From contig JAWLHY010000001.1 of the NCBI GenBank assembly GCA_041690135.1, positions 992,001-1,056,000 of the forward strand: 64,000 nt of DNA, written 5' to 3'. The DNA comes from Armatimonadota bacterium (GTDB lineage: Bacteria; Armatimonadota; SYMT01). The notes beneath the pieces are model-generated. The model made no database searches. It saw nothing but the letters and a program-made list of their open reading frames with translations, and had not been told where the DNA came from. A program made the translations under genes and the position numbers. This document shows positions 20,445 to 30,273 of this stretch, one piece after another. Position 1 is the stretch's first letter. Every line of letters begins with the position of its first letter.

Positions 20445-21929
20445 ATGAATATCCGGAACCTCATCCCGTCTACCCTTGCGGTCACCGCCGGTCTCTTCCT
20501 GACCGCGGCCGCCCATACCCGGGTCCAGGCACAGGCGCCGGACCGGCCCAACATCTTGCTTGTTCTCTCGGACGACCACAGCGCCGCGCACCTGGGCTGC
20601 TACGGTAACCCGGACATCAAGACGCCCAACTTCGACCGGTTCGCGGCCCAGGGCATACGCTTCGACCGCGCCTACGTCGCCTCTCCCCAATGCGTGCCCT
20701 CGCGCGCTTCCATCATGACCGGTCGCTCTCCCGTGGCGATCGGCATGACCCGCTTCTCGGCGCCCCTGCCGCGCGAGGTGGTTACCTATCCGGAGGTGCT
20801 GCGGGCCGGCGGCTACTTCACGGGCGTGGCCGGCCGCACCTATCACCTGGACGGCAGCCGGATGCCCCCCGCCACGCAGAAGGTGGTGGAAGAGCGGAAG
20901 CTCCGGACCTTTCCCGACCGCCTCGACTACGTGAAAACGGCCGGGCAGGGCGCGCAGTCGCTCTCCCAGTACCGGGAGTTTCTAGACCTGGCCCAGGGCA
21001 AGCCGTTCTTTCTCCAGCTCTGCTTTAGCGAGCCGCACCGGCCGCTGGACCGGAACGCCATTCCCCAGCCGCACGACCCTGCGAAGCTGAAACTCCCCGT
21101 CTTCTACCCGGACACTCCCGGCGTGCGGGACGACTTCGCCCGCTACTACGACGAGATCGCCCGGTTGGACGGCTACTTCGGCGAGGTGCTGGCGGAGCTG
21201 GAAAAGCGCGGGCTGGCCAACAACACCCTGGTGGCATTCATGGGCGACAACGGCGCGGCGCAATTCCGGGGCAAGGGCACCCTCTACGAGTTCGGCGTCC
21301 GGGTTCCGCTCCTGGTCCGCTGGCCGGGTAAGGTCAAACCCGGCGAGGTGGCCGCGGAGCTGGTCTCCGGTGAGGATCTCGCCCCTACGTTCCTGGAAGC
21401 CGCCGGGCGTCCCGCGCCGAAGGAGATGACCGGCCGCAGCTTCCTGAAGCGTCTCCGCGGCGAGCCCTACGAGGTTCGGCGCCATGTCTTTGCAGAGCGC
21501 GGCGCGCACGGCAGCGGCCTCCCCACGAACTCGGCCGCCTTCGACCTGGGTCGCTGCGTCGTCACCCCCACGCACAAGCTGATCTACAACGCCCTTTGGC
21601 AGCTCCCCTACCACCCGGTCGACTTCGCCGGGGATCCGTTCTTCAAGGAAGTGCAGCGTCTGCATACGGAGGGGAAGCTCGACCCGAAGCTGTCGCAGCT
21701 CTATTTCTCCCCCACCCGCCCCATGTTCGAGCTGTACGACCTCCGGCAGGACCCGAACGAGCTGAACAACCTGGCCGGAAAACCGGAAGCCGCCGTCGTG
21801 GAGCGCGAGTTGAAGGCGGCGCTCCAGGAGTGGATGTTGCTGGAACGCGATTACGTCCCCCTCCCCATCCCCCCACCCGCCCAGATGCGCCGGGCCAGAC
21901 AAAGGATGAAGAGTGCCTTCGGCCGATAA
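20445..21929 (+). CDS. Cys-type sulfatase (heparan N-sulfatase/sulfamidase-like)
   Basis: PNILLVLSDDH, CVPSR, EPHRP, GDNG...GKGTLYE, ELYDLRQDPNELNNLA. Confidence 0.92.
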   Translation: MNIRNLIPSTLAVTAGLFLTAAAHTRVQAQAPDRPNILLVLSDDHSAAHLGCYGNPDIKTPNFDRFAAQGIRFDRAYVASPQCVPSRASIMTGRSPVAIGMTRFSAPLPREVVTYPEVLRAGGYFTGVAGRTYHLDGSRMPPATQKVVEERKLRTFPDRLDYVKTAGQGAQSLSQYREFLDLAQGKPFFLQLCFSEPHRPLDRNAIPQPHDPAKLKLPVFYPDTPGVRDDFARYYDEIARLDGYFGEVLAELEKRGLANNTLVAFMGDNGAAQFRGKGTLYEFGVRVPLLVRWPGKVKPGEVAAELVSGEDLAPTFLEAAGRPAPKEMTGRSFLKRLRGEPYEVRRHVFAERGAHGSGLPTNSAAFDLGRCVVTPTHKLIYNALWQLPYHPVDFAGDPFFKEVQRLHTEGKLDPKLSQLYFSPTRPMFELYDLRQDPNELNNLAGKPEAAVVERELKAALQEWMLLERDYVPLPIPPPAQMRRARQRMKSAFGR

Positions 21930-21997
21930 GGACGGGTTGCGGCCGATAAAGATAAGGATAAAGAGGGACCTGCGGAGGAATTACGGCGGAAGGTCAG

Positions 21998-22110
21998 CCC
22001 CAACACCTGAAGGCCGAACACCCGAACGCCTGAGCACCCAACGCCCAACACCCGAACACCGGAACACCTGAAAACCCGAATACCTGAAAACCCGAACACC
22101 CGAACCCCGA
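21998..22110. repeat. Degenerate octamer tandem array (CCCGAACA/CCTGAAAA)
   Basis: About 13 imperfect 7-8 bp units directly upstream of the RBS of the 22124 gene. Confidence 0.8.
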
Positions 22111-22123
22111 TTGGAGGATAACG

Positions 22124-22552
22124 ATGTCCCCGACACTCACAGTCGAAGCAAAGATGCTGGGTCAGCGAAAACCGCTGATCTCCGATTGGCACATCACTCT
22201 CCCCCCCGAGCTTGGGGAGCGAACGACGCTCCGCCAATTGATCACGCAGGTGGTCCTGGCGGAAGTGGCCGCCTTCAACGAGCGCCAGGAGCAGCGTCGG
22301 TTTACCCAGGTACTGTCGGCGGAGCAGATTCAGGCGGGTGTGGCGGCCGGAAAGATCGATATGGGAGGCCGGGAGGAAGTCACGCCGGCCGACGCCGAGG
22401 CAGCCATATCGACGGCGATCCAGGCCTTCGCGGACGGCCTCTACTTCGTCTTCCTGGATGACGAACAGCAGACGGAACTGGATCGCGAGGTCTCCCTCAA
22501 ATCGGCCAGCCGCCTTCTGTTTCTGCGTCTCGTAGCGCTGGCGGGAGGGTAG
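22124..22552 (+). CDS. Small protein with C-terminal Gly-Gly; candidate ubiquitin-like beta-grasp protein with helical insert
   Basis: GGAGG RBS; ends YFVFLDD...LDREVSLKSASRLLFLRLVALAGG*, a MoaD/Urm1-like pattern. Confidence 0.7.
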   Translation: MSPTLTVEAKMLGQRKPLISDWHITLPPELGERTTLRQLITQVVLAEVAAFNERQEQRRFTQVLSAEQIQAGVAAGKIDMGGREEVTPADAEAAISTAIQAFADGLYFVFLDDEQQTELDREVSLKSASRLLFLRLVALAGG

Positions 22553-22554
22553 CC

Positions 22555-25500
22555 ATGCTGAACCCACAGGAAGCCGAGCGCCGGCTCAAGGAGTTCAAGG
22601 TCAAGGATGGCAAGGGCCGGCGCCTCGCGCGGATCGCGGAGTTGCCGGAAGCCTTGCGCGCTATCGGCTACGGAATGTATGGGGCGGCTGCGGACGGCGG
22701 GCACGTGAAGGGCACGGATGCTCGTGAGAAATTGGTGGAAGCCTCTTTCCGCGCACTGGACGAGTTGTCTCAGGCGGACCGGGAGCAGCTCTTTGAGGTC
22801 CTTTTTCCTCAACTCGGCCGCTACGTGGAAGGTGCCTGGCAGATGTTAGGCCAGCGGCCGTATCAGCACGGATGGGAGCGCCGGGCCTTCCGCGCCCCAG
22901 GTGACAACGAGCGCTCACGGGCTATTCGCCGGGCTCGCCTGGACCAGTATCTGGAGCAGCTCAAAGGTTACGAGCAGGACATCACCTGGCTGGCCGCCTG
23001 GACCCCCTACATCTTCCATTATTGGGCGGAGAGTGTAGCGGAATTGCTGGCCGCGGCGATCGACGCGGGCGGCTCAGCGGGTAACGAAGTCTTCGAGATC
23101 CTCTGTGCTTCCGCCCGGGGTGAGCACCCGATCGGCGCCATGGGAAGGCATGTCACCGGGGCGCTTCTCTGCGCTTCCCGGCCGGACGGCTGGGAGTTTG
23201 TGGAGCGACTCTTGCTGGCGGCACAGCGAGAAGAGGGGCTGCGGCAGACCATTCTGGAAAGCGTGGACCAGGCGCATCCGGAGGCGTTCCGGCGAATGGT
23301 GCGCCTGATCCTGGACCATGACCTTCTGCGGTTCAGTGCGACCATCCGCGCGGTGGACGTCTGGTTCGGCTTCCAGTTGGAAGCGACGGATGCGCGGGTG
23401 GCTCGCGGCATTCTGGAGCAAGTCCTCCGGTTCATGGAAGATCCGGCCGCTAGGGAGGCGGCGATCCACGGGGGCGACGCCCGCTCCGCCTATCTCGCCC
23501 TTTGGGCGACTGCGTTTGAGAATGCTCCGGCCGCGGTCGCGCCGGCCACCCATCTGCTGAGCACTGGAGCGCTGGAAGGTCGCTACGCGGCCGCGCTCCT
23601 TTTGTCGCAACTCGCCCTTTCCGAATCCCGGTCGGCACTGGTGTCCGCGCTGGATGACCCCGACCTGCGGGTTGCCCTCACCGCCTTCTCCGGCCTGGGT
23701 CTGGGTGGCTACTACGGCGGCTACTCCGACGACGATGAAGACGAGGACATCGCTCCGGAGAAGCAGCCTGGTGTTTTCGAGGCGCTGACGCGGCTAGTGG
23801 CCCGGGTCCCGAAGAAAGAAAACACCATCGCGGACCTGGTGTGGCCCGGCAACGTGCTCCAGGCCGACCAGGCCACCGTCGCCGGCGCGCTGCTTTCCAC
23901 CCTCGGCCAACGTTCCCCGACCGAGCTGATTCCCTTCTTGCCACTGATGGAGCCGTATACCCGGAGCAGCGTGGCCGGCCTTCTGAGCAAGAAGAAGCTG
24001 CGCAACCTCCCGGAGGTCCGCGACACTCTGCTGTCCATGGCTGGGGATGCCGCGGAAGGGGTTCGCGAGGAAGCGCTCAAGGCTCTCGGCAAGCAGAAGA
24101 TCAACCCAGAGGAAGCTCCCCGACTGGAAGGCTTGCTGACCCGGAAGGCCGCGGACCTGCGCCGGGGCGTGATCGGGCTCCTTCTCAACCAGGAAGATGA
24201 GGCGGCTTTGGCCAGTGCCGAGCGCTTGGCGAGCGCAAAGAACGTCAACCAGCGCACCGCCGGGCTGGAAGTCCTCCAGCAGCTCTGCCAGAGCGATCGC
24301 CAGGCGGAGGCCTGCCGCCGCCTGGCCTCGGAGTACCCCGCCCGGCAGAAAGCTCTTTCCGATGCGGAGAAGCAGCTCCTCGATACCCTCACGGAAGAGG
24401 CGGCCGCCGCGCCGGAGGTCACGCTCAAGGACGGCCTGGGCCTCTTCGATCCGGCCCACCTCACCCCGGTGGAGCGGCCCCTGGAGGTGCCGGGGCTGCA
24501 ACTGGAGTCGGAAGCAGCCGGAGCGCTCCTCCAGTCCCTGGACGATCTGGTTCACCAGCATCGCGAAGTGCCGGTGCGCCTCTGGTACGCCCATCAGATC
24601 GACGAGGATGACGAGGATGCGGAACCGGGAGTGGAGCCGGATGAGGGCAATTCCGTCTTGCTCGGCGACCTCACTTGGGGGCTCCCGTCTCCCTACCCCA
24701 ACGTCCCGGTGGAGAAAGATGCCGCGCGTCTGCCACTCCGGCAGGTCTGGGAGGACTGGTGGGCCGTCCGGCCGACGGAAATGCAGGATCCCGACGGGAT
24801 GGAGCTGCTCCGGGCTCTGGCGATGGTTCAGGACCTCTCGAAGAAGAAGCTCCGGCATCGCGAGGTGACCCAGAGCGTCCTCGAGTGGCTTTTCCGTCTG
24901 AACCCTCCAGCGGAGGCGCTGCCGTTCCTCCTGGGAGCTGCGGAGACCATCTTCGCACGGGTCCCGGAGGAGAAGATCCGCAAGGCCCCCAACCCCAACC
25001 GGCCCTGGGCGGCACTAGGCTGGCGGAATAATGAAGCGCGCCTCTTCTGGCTGCAGTTGGCGCGGACCCATCGAAAGTACCGTCCGGAAGACTGGCGCGA
25101 CGAGGACCACAACCGCTTGTGGCGGCTCCTTCGCTGGTTGGACAAGCCCACGCCGGAAGCGCCCCGCTTCAACATCGAACTCGAGGAGGTGCTGCGGGCC
25201 TGGCGGGCCGGCAGCGCCACCGAGGCGGACCTCATCGAGATGCTGCTGGCGACCCGCGGGGAAGGCAACGAGTACTACTACGGAAACCGGCACTCCGAGC
25301 TGCAGTTGCTGACCGGCCGGAAACCGTCTCCTCTGTTCGAGCAGTACCCCGGCCTCCGCGAGATCGTTGTGCGGTGCCGCGACCGGGTGCTGGAGGTGGA
25401 ACTCGCGCGCGGTGAACTGCCCAGCCCGGCCACTCCTGCCGCGCTTTGTTTGCGGAGTGCAGGCGGTCTCGATACGCTGATCCGGCTCCTGAAAGCCCTG

Positions 25501-27531
25501 GGACGGACCGGATTCATCCGCGGTTGGATCTACAACGACCAGGGGCGCACGGCCGTCTTCAGCAAGCTGCTGCGGAGCACCTTTCCGGAGGAGGGCGATA
25601 CTCCCGAACGGTTCCGCGAGGCGGTGGAAGCGGCGAAGATCCCGGCGAAACGGCTGGTGGAAGTGGCGGTATACACGCCGCAGTGGGCGCGGTACGTGGA
25701 ACACGCCCTGGGCTGGCCGGAGTTCGAGGAGGCCGTCTGGTGGGTGCACGCCCACACCAAGGATGACCGCTGGAGCGTGGATGAAGACATCCGCGAGACC
25801 TGGACGGCACAGGCCAGCGAACGCACTCCGCTCACGGCGCAGAACCTGATCGATGGCGCGGTCGACGTGACCTGGTTCCACCGGGTGTATCAGGGGCTGG
25901 GAGCGGATCGTTGGAGTATTCTCGACGACGCGGCCAAGTACGCTTCCGGCGGCGGCGGGCATAAGCGCGCCCAGCTCTTCGCTGATGCGATGCTGGGCCG
26001 GGTAGCGCGAGAGTCGCTCGTGTCGCGCATCCAGGAGAGCCGCAACCAGGACTCGCTGCGCGCCCTGGGGCTCCTGCCCCTGCCGGACTCGGCGGCCGAG
26101 CGGGAGGCGGAGGTGTTGGAGCGCTACCGCATCATCCAGGAGTTCCTCCGCACCAGCCGCCAGTTCGGCTCGCAGCGCCAGGCCAGCGAGAAACTGGCGT
26201 CGGGGATCGCCATGGAAAACCTCGCCCGTACTGCCGGCTATGCCGACCCGGTCCGGCTCGAATGGGCCATGGAAGCGCGCGCGATCGCCGACCTGGCCGG
26301 TGGAGCCCTGGTTGCCACGGCGGCGGAGGTCACGGTCACGTTGAGTATCAACGACCTGGGTGAGCCGGACCTCACTTTCGTCAAGAACGGCAAATCCCTG
26401 AAGGCCCTACCGGCGGCGGCGAAGAAGGACCCGGACGTGGCGGCCCTGGTCGCCCGCAAGCGCGACGTGCAGCGGCAGGCCTCGCGTATGCGTCTCTCGC
26501 TTGAGAACGCCATGTGCCGGGGCGACCGGTTCACGGGGGCGGAGTTACACACCCTGTCCGGTCACCCGGTCCTGGCCCCCATGCTCCGCAACCTGGTCTT
26601 CCTGGTCGAACCGACCACCGGAGGCGAAGGGGGCGTATGCGGGGCCGGTTACCCGGTTGAGGGCGGCCGGGAGTTGGAAGCGCACGACGGTAGCCGCTAC
26701 CCGGTGGGCGAAACGGATCCGCTGCGGCTGGCGCACCCGCACGACCTGTTGAGAACCGGCGAGTGGCACCTCTGGCAGCGTGAGTGTTTCCGGCGCGAGC
26801 GGGTCCAGCCGTTCAAGCAGGTATTCCGGGAGTTGTACGTTCTCACGGAGGCCGAACAGCAGGGCGGCATTCGTTCTGTCCGTTATGCCGGCCACCAGAT
26901 CCAGAACCGCCGGGCCATGGCGTTGTTGGGCAAGCGCGGATGGGTGAGCAATTACGAAGAGGGGGATGTCCGCCGGACCTTCCACGCCGAAGGTCTCACG
27001 GCCTGGCTGGAGTTCGACGCCGGCATCACCACGCCTGCCGAGGTGGAGGGCCTCACGGTCGAGCACGTCGGCTTCACCCGGCGCGGCGAGTGGAAGCCCC
27101 TTCGCCTTGAGGAAGTACCCCCACGGATCTTCAGCGAAGTGATGCGCGACGTGGACCTGATCGTCAGCGTCGCCCACGCGGGCGGAGTCGATCCGGAAGC
27201 CACCCAGTCCACGGTGGAGATGCGCGCGTCGCTCCTGCGCGAGACCTGCGGGCTGCTCAAGCTGGAGAACGTACGCCTCCAGAACACCCACGCGCTCATC
27301 GACGGCAAGCTGGGGACCTACTCGGTCCACCTGGGCAGCGCCGTGGTGCACCGCCAGCCGGGGGGACACCTCTGTATCGTGCCGGTTCACTCCCAGCACC
27401 GGGGCCGCCTCTTCCTGCCCTTCGCGGACAACGACCCGCGTACGGCGGAAGTGGTCTCCAAAGTGCTGCTGCTGGCCCGCGATCACGAAATCAAGGACCC
27501 CACTATCCTCGAACAGATCTACGCGCAGTAG
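22555..27531 (+). CDS. Large HEAT-repeat DUF5724/DUF4132 (YehI/MolR-like) protein
   Basis: HEAT-like ALDDPDLRV; QFGSQRQASE; RLSLENAM; HPVLAPML; QPFKQVFRELY; FSEVMRDVDL; DPTILEQI C-terminus. Starts 2 nt after the previous stop. Confidence 0.85.
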   Translation: MLNPQEAERRLKEFKVKDGKGRRLARIAELPEALRAIGYGMYGAAADGGHVKGTDAREKLVEASFRALDELSQADREQLFEVLFPQLGRYVEGAWQMLGQRPYQHGWERRAFRAPGDNERSRAIRRARLDQYLEQLKGYEQDITWLAAWTPYIFHYWAESVAELLAAAIDAGGSAGNEVFEILCASARGEHPIGAMGRHVTGALLCASRPDGWEFVERLLLAAQREEGLRQTILESVDQAHPEAFRRMVRLILDHDLLRFSATIRAVDVWFGFQLEATDARVARGILEQVLRFMEDPAAREAAIHGGDARSAYLALWATAFENAPAAVAPATHLLSTGALEGRYAAALLLSQLALSESRSALVSALDDPDLRVALTAFSGLGLGGYYGGYSDDDEDEDIAPEKQPGVFEALTRLVARVPKKENTIADLVWPGNVLQADQATVAGALLSTLGQRSPTELIPFLPLMEPYTRSSVAGLLSKKKLRNLPEVRDTLLSMAGDAAEGVREEALKALGKQKINPEEAPRLEGLLTRKAADLRRGVIGLLLNQEDEAALASAERLASAKNVNQRTAGLEVLQQLCQSDRQAEACRRLASEYPARQKALSDAEKQLLDTLTEEAAAAPEVTLKDGLGLFDPAHLTPVERPLEVPGLQLESEAAGALLQSLDDLVHQHREVPVRLWYAHQIDEDDEDAEPGVEPDEGNSVLLGDLTWGLPSPYPNVPVEKDAARLPLRQVWEDWWAVRPTEMQDPDGMELLRALAMVQDLSKKKLRHREVTQSVLEWLFRLNPPAEALPFLLGAAETIFARVPEEKIRKAPNPNRPWAALGWRNNEARLFWLQLARTHRKYRPEDWRDEDHNRLWRLLRWLDKPTPEAPRFNIELEEVLRAWRAGSATEADLIEMLLATRGEGNEYYYGNRHSELQLLTGRKPSPLFEQYPGLREIVVRCRDRVLEVELARGELPSPATPAALCLRSAGGLDTLIRLLKALGRTGFIRGWIYNDQGRTAVFSKLLRSTFPEEGDTPERFREAVEAAKIPAKRLVEVAVYTPQWARYVEHALGWPEFEEAVWWVHAHTKDDRWSVDEDIRETWTAQASERTPLTAQNLIDGAVDVTWFHRVYQGLGADRWSILDDAAKYASGGGGHKRAQLFADAMLGRVARESLVSRIQESRNQDSLRALGLLPLPDSAAEREAEVLERYRIIQEFLRTSRQFGSQRQASEKLASGIAMENLARTAGYADPVRLEWAMEARAIADLAGGALVATAAEVTVTLSINDLGEPDLTFVKNGKSLKALPAAAKKDPDVAALVARKRDVQRQASRMRLSLENAMCRGDRFTGAELHTLSGHPVLAPMLRNLVFLVEPTTGGEGGVCGAGYPVEGGRELEAHDGSRYPVGETDPLRLAHPHDLLRTGEWHLWQRECFRRERVQPFKQVFRELYVLTEAEQQGGIRSVRYAGHQIQNRRAMALLGKRGWVSNYEEGDVRRTFHAEGLTAWLEFDAGITTPAEVEGLTVEHVGFTRRGEWKPLRLEEVPPRIFSEVMRDVDLIVSVAHAGGVDPEATQSTVEMRASLLRETCGLLKLENVRLQNTHALIDGKLGTYSVHLGSAVVHRQPGGHLCIVPVHSQHRGRLFLPFADNDPRTAEVVSKVLLLARDHEIKDPTILEQIYAQ

Positions 27532-27541
27532 GCGCTAACCG

Positions 27542-28115
27542 CAAGGGGCGGGCGTCTCGCCCGCCCCACTGACCCGGGTCTTCCCCGCACTTGTACTGCA
27601 CCACGGTAGCCGCAATGGTGGCAGTAGGGTCGTGGTCGCCGTCCCCGACCAGCACTACGATCCCGCACCCGTACTGCACCGCGAACCGCCGTCTCGAGCT
27701 CCAGCCGAATCCGCCGCATGGGGGCCGATCCCGTCCCGCACCACGCGCCACCGTCACGGACTACAACCGGATCCGGGGCATTGGTCCTGCTGTGCACCAT
27801 ACGCCACCGTCCCCACTGCTTTCAGGAGGCGCTGCACGGTGGGCCGACGGGTGCCGGACCATACTCTGGGGAAGGGATAGCGACCGTTCCCCTACCTCCA
27901 CCAGGCCGGCTACATGGTGGGCCGACAGGTGCGGTAGCAGGGTCGGCTCGGGACGTGTGGTAACCGCCATGCCTACCCAAATCCCCCACGAGCGAGGGTA
28001 GGGTCGCGGTCGTACTCCCGGCGAAGTGAGAGCAGTACCCGACCAGGATCATGCCTCCGCACCCGGAATGCATCCCGGTAGTAGCGCAGTGGGGCGGGCG
28101 TCTCGCCCACCCTTG
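27542..28115. repeat. Two REP-like palindromes (GGGCGGGCGTCTCGCCC-G/A-CCC) bracketing a degenerate internally repetitive spacer
   Basis: Copies at 27542-27570 and 28088-28115; internal imperfect repeats at 78-bp spacing (27583/27661, 27831/27909). Confidence 0.7.
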
Positions 28116-28233
28116 GAGCGACCAAGACTGTGTTTCCACCTCCCGATGGCAATCCCCAAAGGGTCCCTTTTTCCCTTCCCTTTCCCCTTCTTTGCGTCTT
28201 GGCGTCTTTGCGAGAGATTCGTCCCCCAGCGCT

Positions 28234-30036
28234 TCAAAGCTGATCCAGGATTCCCTCCCACTGCGCGCGTTCCTCCTCCGCCAGGTGGGGCCGCTGCAGG
28301 GCACAGTAACAGAGGGTATTCAGATAGCAGACGTATCCCTCTCGGGGCGCCTGTCGGAGCAGTTCCACATGGAGGGCCGCGATCTCCCTTTCGGCCGCCG
28401 GGTCCTCGGGGGCGATGCCGGCCAGGGCCAGGAGTGCGGCTTCCACCGACCAATCCACCGGCCCCCGCGCGAGGGAGAGCAGCACGCGGCGTCGCTCGCT
28501 TCCCTCCCAGCTATCCTCCCGACCGGCGAGCACCATCGCGGCCGCAACCTGAAGGCGATAGATCCAGGTCCACCACCGCATCCCATCCGGAGCTTCCGGT
28601 GGGTGCGTCATCACCGCCAGGATGTCGTTGACCGGATACTCCCGTAGGCAGCCAGACGCGTCCCGTGCCTGCGCGCGCCAGCCCTCGAAGGAATAGGGCG
28701 TGCGCGCGAGGTCCGCCACTTGCTCCGCGACTTCCGGTGATGGAGGCGTGAGAACCGGGGTGGCTTCGGAGTCCCGGTATGTCCACAGCCGGTACTCCAG
28801 GCGCGCTTTCAGTCTTCGCGGGTCGGGCTCGGCGATCTTGCCGACCTTCAGGCGTGGCTTCACATTCAATCCGAGTGCACGCAGTTGGCGCTCCACGGAC
28901 AGCAGGGCGCTGGGGCACTCCAGGTAGTTCACCGTGATCTCGAAGGGGTCGTCCAGCCCCAATTCTTTGCCCTCTTCCACGGCTGCAGCCAGGTCGCGTG
29001 TCAGGTTGATAATCGCCTCGCTGGGATCAGGGAGGTAGCTGCCGAAGTACGGGAGAAAGCGACGCATGAGCATGGCGGCCCGCTGGTTGTCCGGATGAGA
29101 CGCCGCAAACGTCTCCAGCTTCTGTCGCCACTCGTCAGCGCCCGTCAACTCGTGCTGCACCACCCACCAGGAGGGCAACGCCCAGGGATGCTCCGGTTCC
29201 TTACCGAGCACCCGCTCGTACTGCCGGGCCGCCTCGCGAGGGTCGCCGGTCTCCCAATAGAGATCCGCCAGGCTGAGCCAGATCGACTCCTCCTGCGGCC
29301 GGAACCGCTCCGCTTCGCGGAACACCGCAATCGCCTCCGCTGGTCGCTCCAGGTCCTGGAGAGCCGAGCCCACCGCCACCGCCGTCTCGAAAGAAGGCGC
29401 CGCCGCGTGCGCAGTGCGGGCGAGCGCCAGGGCCTCATCCTTCTCCCCCAGGCGTCTCAGCAGGCTTGCGCTGAGGAACGGGAGATATTCGCCCCAGGGC
29501 GACGGCGTGAGGACGGTTCGGATCAGCAACGGCAGACGCTGCAGCGTGGCTTCCCCGCTTCGCAGGTCGGATTGGAGCGCCGGTAACTGCTGCAGCAACT
29601 GCGTGTAGAACCCGATGAGCGGCTGCTCTGGTACCTTCCCCCGGTGCTCCGCCTTCTGCAGCCACTCAATGGCCCAGTCGAGGTACGAGGCGTCCGGTTT
29701 GGTCAACACCACCTGGAACAGGACTTCCAGCGCCTCCCCCAGGCGGTTGAGGCGCTCCAGCAGGTAAGCGCGCACCGCCACGGTGGCGAAGTAGTTCTCT
29801 TTCGCCAGGGGTGCCAGTTGGAGAGGGTCCGGGGCCACGTCGCTGATCCGCTCCAGCAGATTCCGCCACTCCGCCCGCATCGGGTCGTGGGCCAGGGCGC
29901 AGCCGGCATGGAAGGCGGCGTGCTGCAGGTCATTGGCTTTGAACGCCGCCTCCGCCAGCCGGATATCCTCCTCGGGTGTCGTCGCCGGCTTCGGCCGCTT
30001 CCTTCCAAAGAGCGCCTTGAACTGTTCGAACATCAA
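28234..30036 (-). CDS. Tetratricopeptide-repeat protein
   Basis: TPR-like helices (AEAIAVFREAERFRP, SLADLYWETGDPREAARQYERVLGKEPEHPWA). Confidence 0.8.
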   Translation of the reverse strand: MMFEQFKALFGRKRPKPATTPEEDIRLAEAAFKANDLQHAAFHAGCALAHDPMRAEWRNLLERISDVAPDPLQLAPLAKENYFATVAVRAYLLERLNRLGEALEVLFQVVLTKPDASYLDWAIEWLQKAEHRGKVPEQPLIGFYTQLLQQLPALQSDLRSGEATLQRLPLLIRTVLTPSPWGEYLPFLSASLLRRLGEKDEALALARTAHAAAPSFETAVAVGSALQDLERPAEAIAVFREAERFRPQEESIWLSLADLYWETGDPREAARQYERVLGKEPEHPWALPSWWVVQHELTGADEWRQKLETFAASHPDNQRAAMLMRRFLPYFGSYLPDPSEAIINLTRDLAAAVEEGKELGLDDPFEITVNYLECPSALLSVERQLRALGLNVKPRLKVGKIAEPDPRRLKARLEYRLWTYRDSEATPVLTPPSPEVAEQVADLARTPYSFEGWRAQARDASGCLREYPVNDILAVMTHPPEAPDGMRWWTWIYRLQVAAAMVLAGREDSWEGSERRRVLLSLARGPVDWSVEAALLALAGIAPEDPAAEREIAALHVELLRQAPREGYVCYLNTLCYCALQRPHLAEEERAQWEGILDQL

Positions 30037-30129
30037 CCCACCCCCCCTGCACTACTGTGCCCACGCCACCCTCGCAGTTCTCTCATCCACCGGCCCTAAT
30101 CGTAATCATAGCCCTAATCGACCGAAGGC

Positions 30130-30270
30130 CCCCTTCAACCCCTCGACCCCAAGGGGGCTTCAACCCCTGGCCCCCGCGGGGGGCTTCAACCTTCAACCTT
30201 CCAACCTCCAACCCCTGGCCCCCGAGGGGGGCTTCAACCTTCAACCTGCCAACCTTCAACCTTCAACCCG
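30130..30270. repeat. Composite short tandem repeat (TTCAACC units and CCCCTGGCCCCCGxGGGGGGC mini-hairpins)
   Basis: Repeated ttcaacc/ccaacct units with a 2-3x cccctggccccc..gggggcttcaacc block. Confidence 0.8.
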
Positions 30271-30273
30271 ACC

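Noticed and set aside
27542-28115. Possible CRISPR array or small protein genes
   Set aside because: Repeats are too degenerate and irregular; the short ORFs lack an RBS and a coherent frame.
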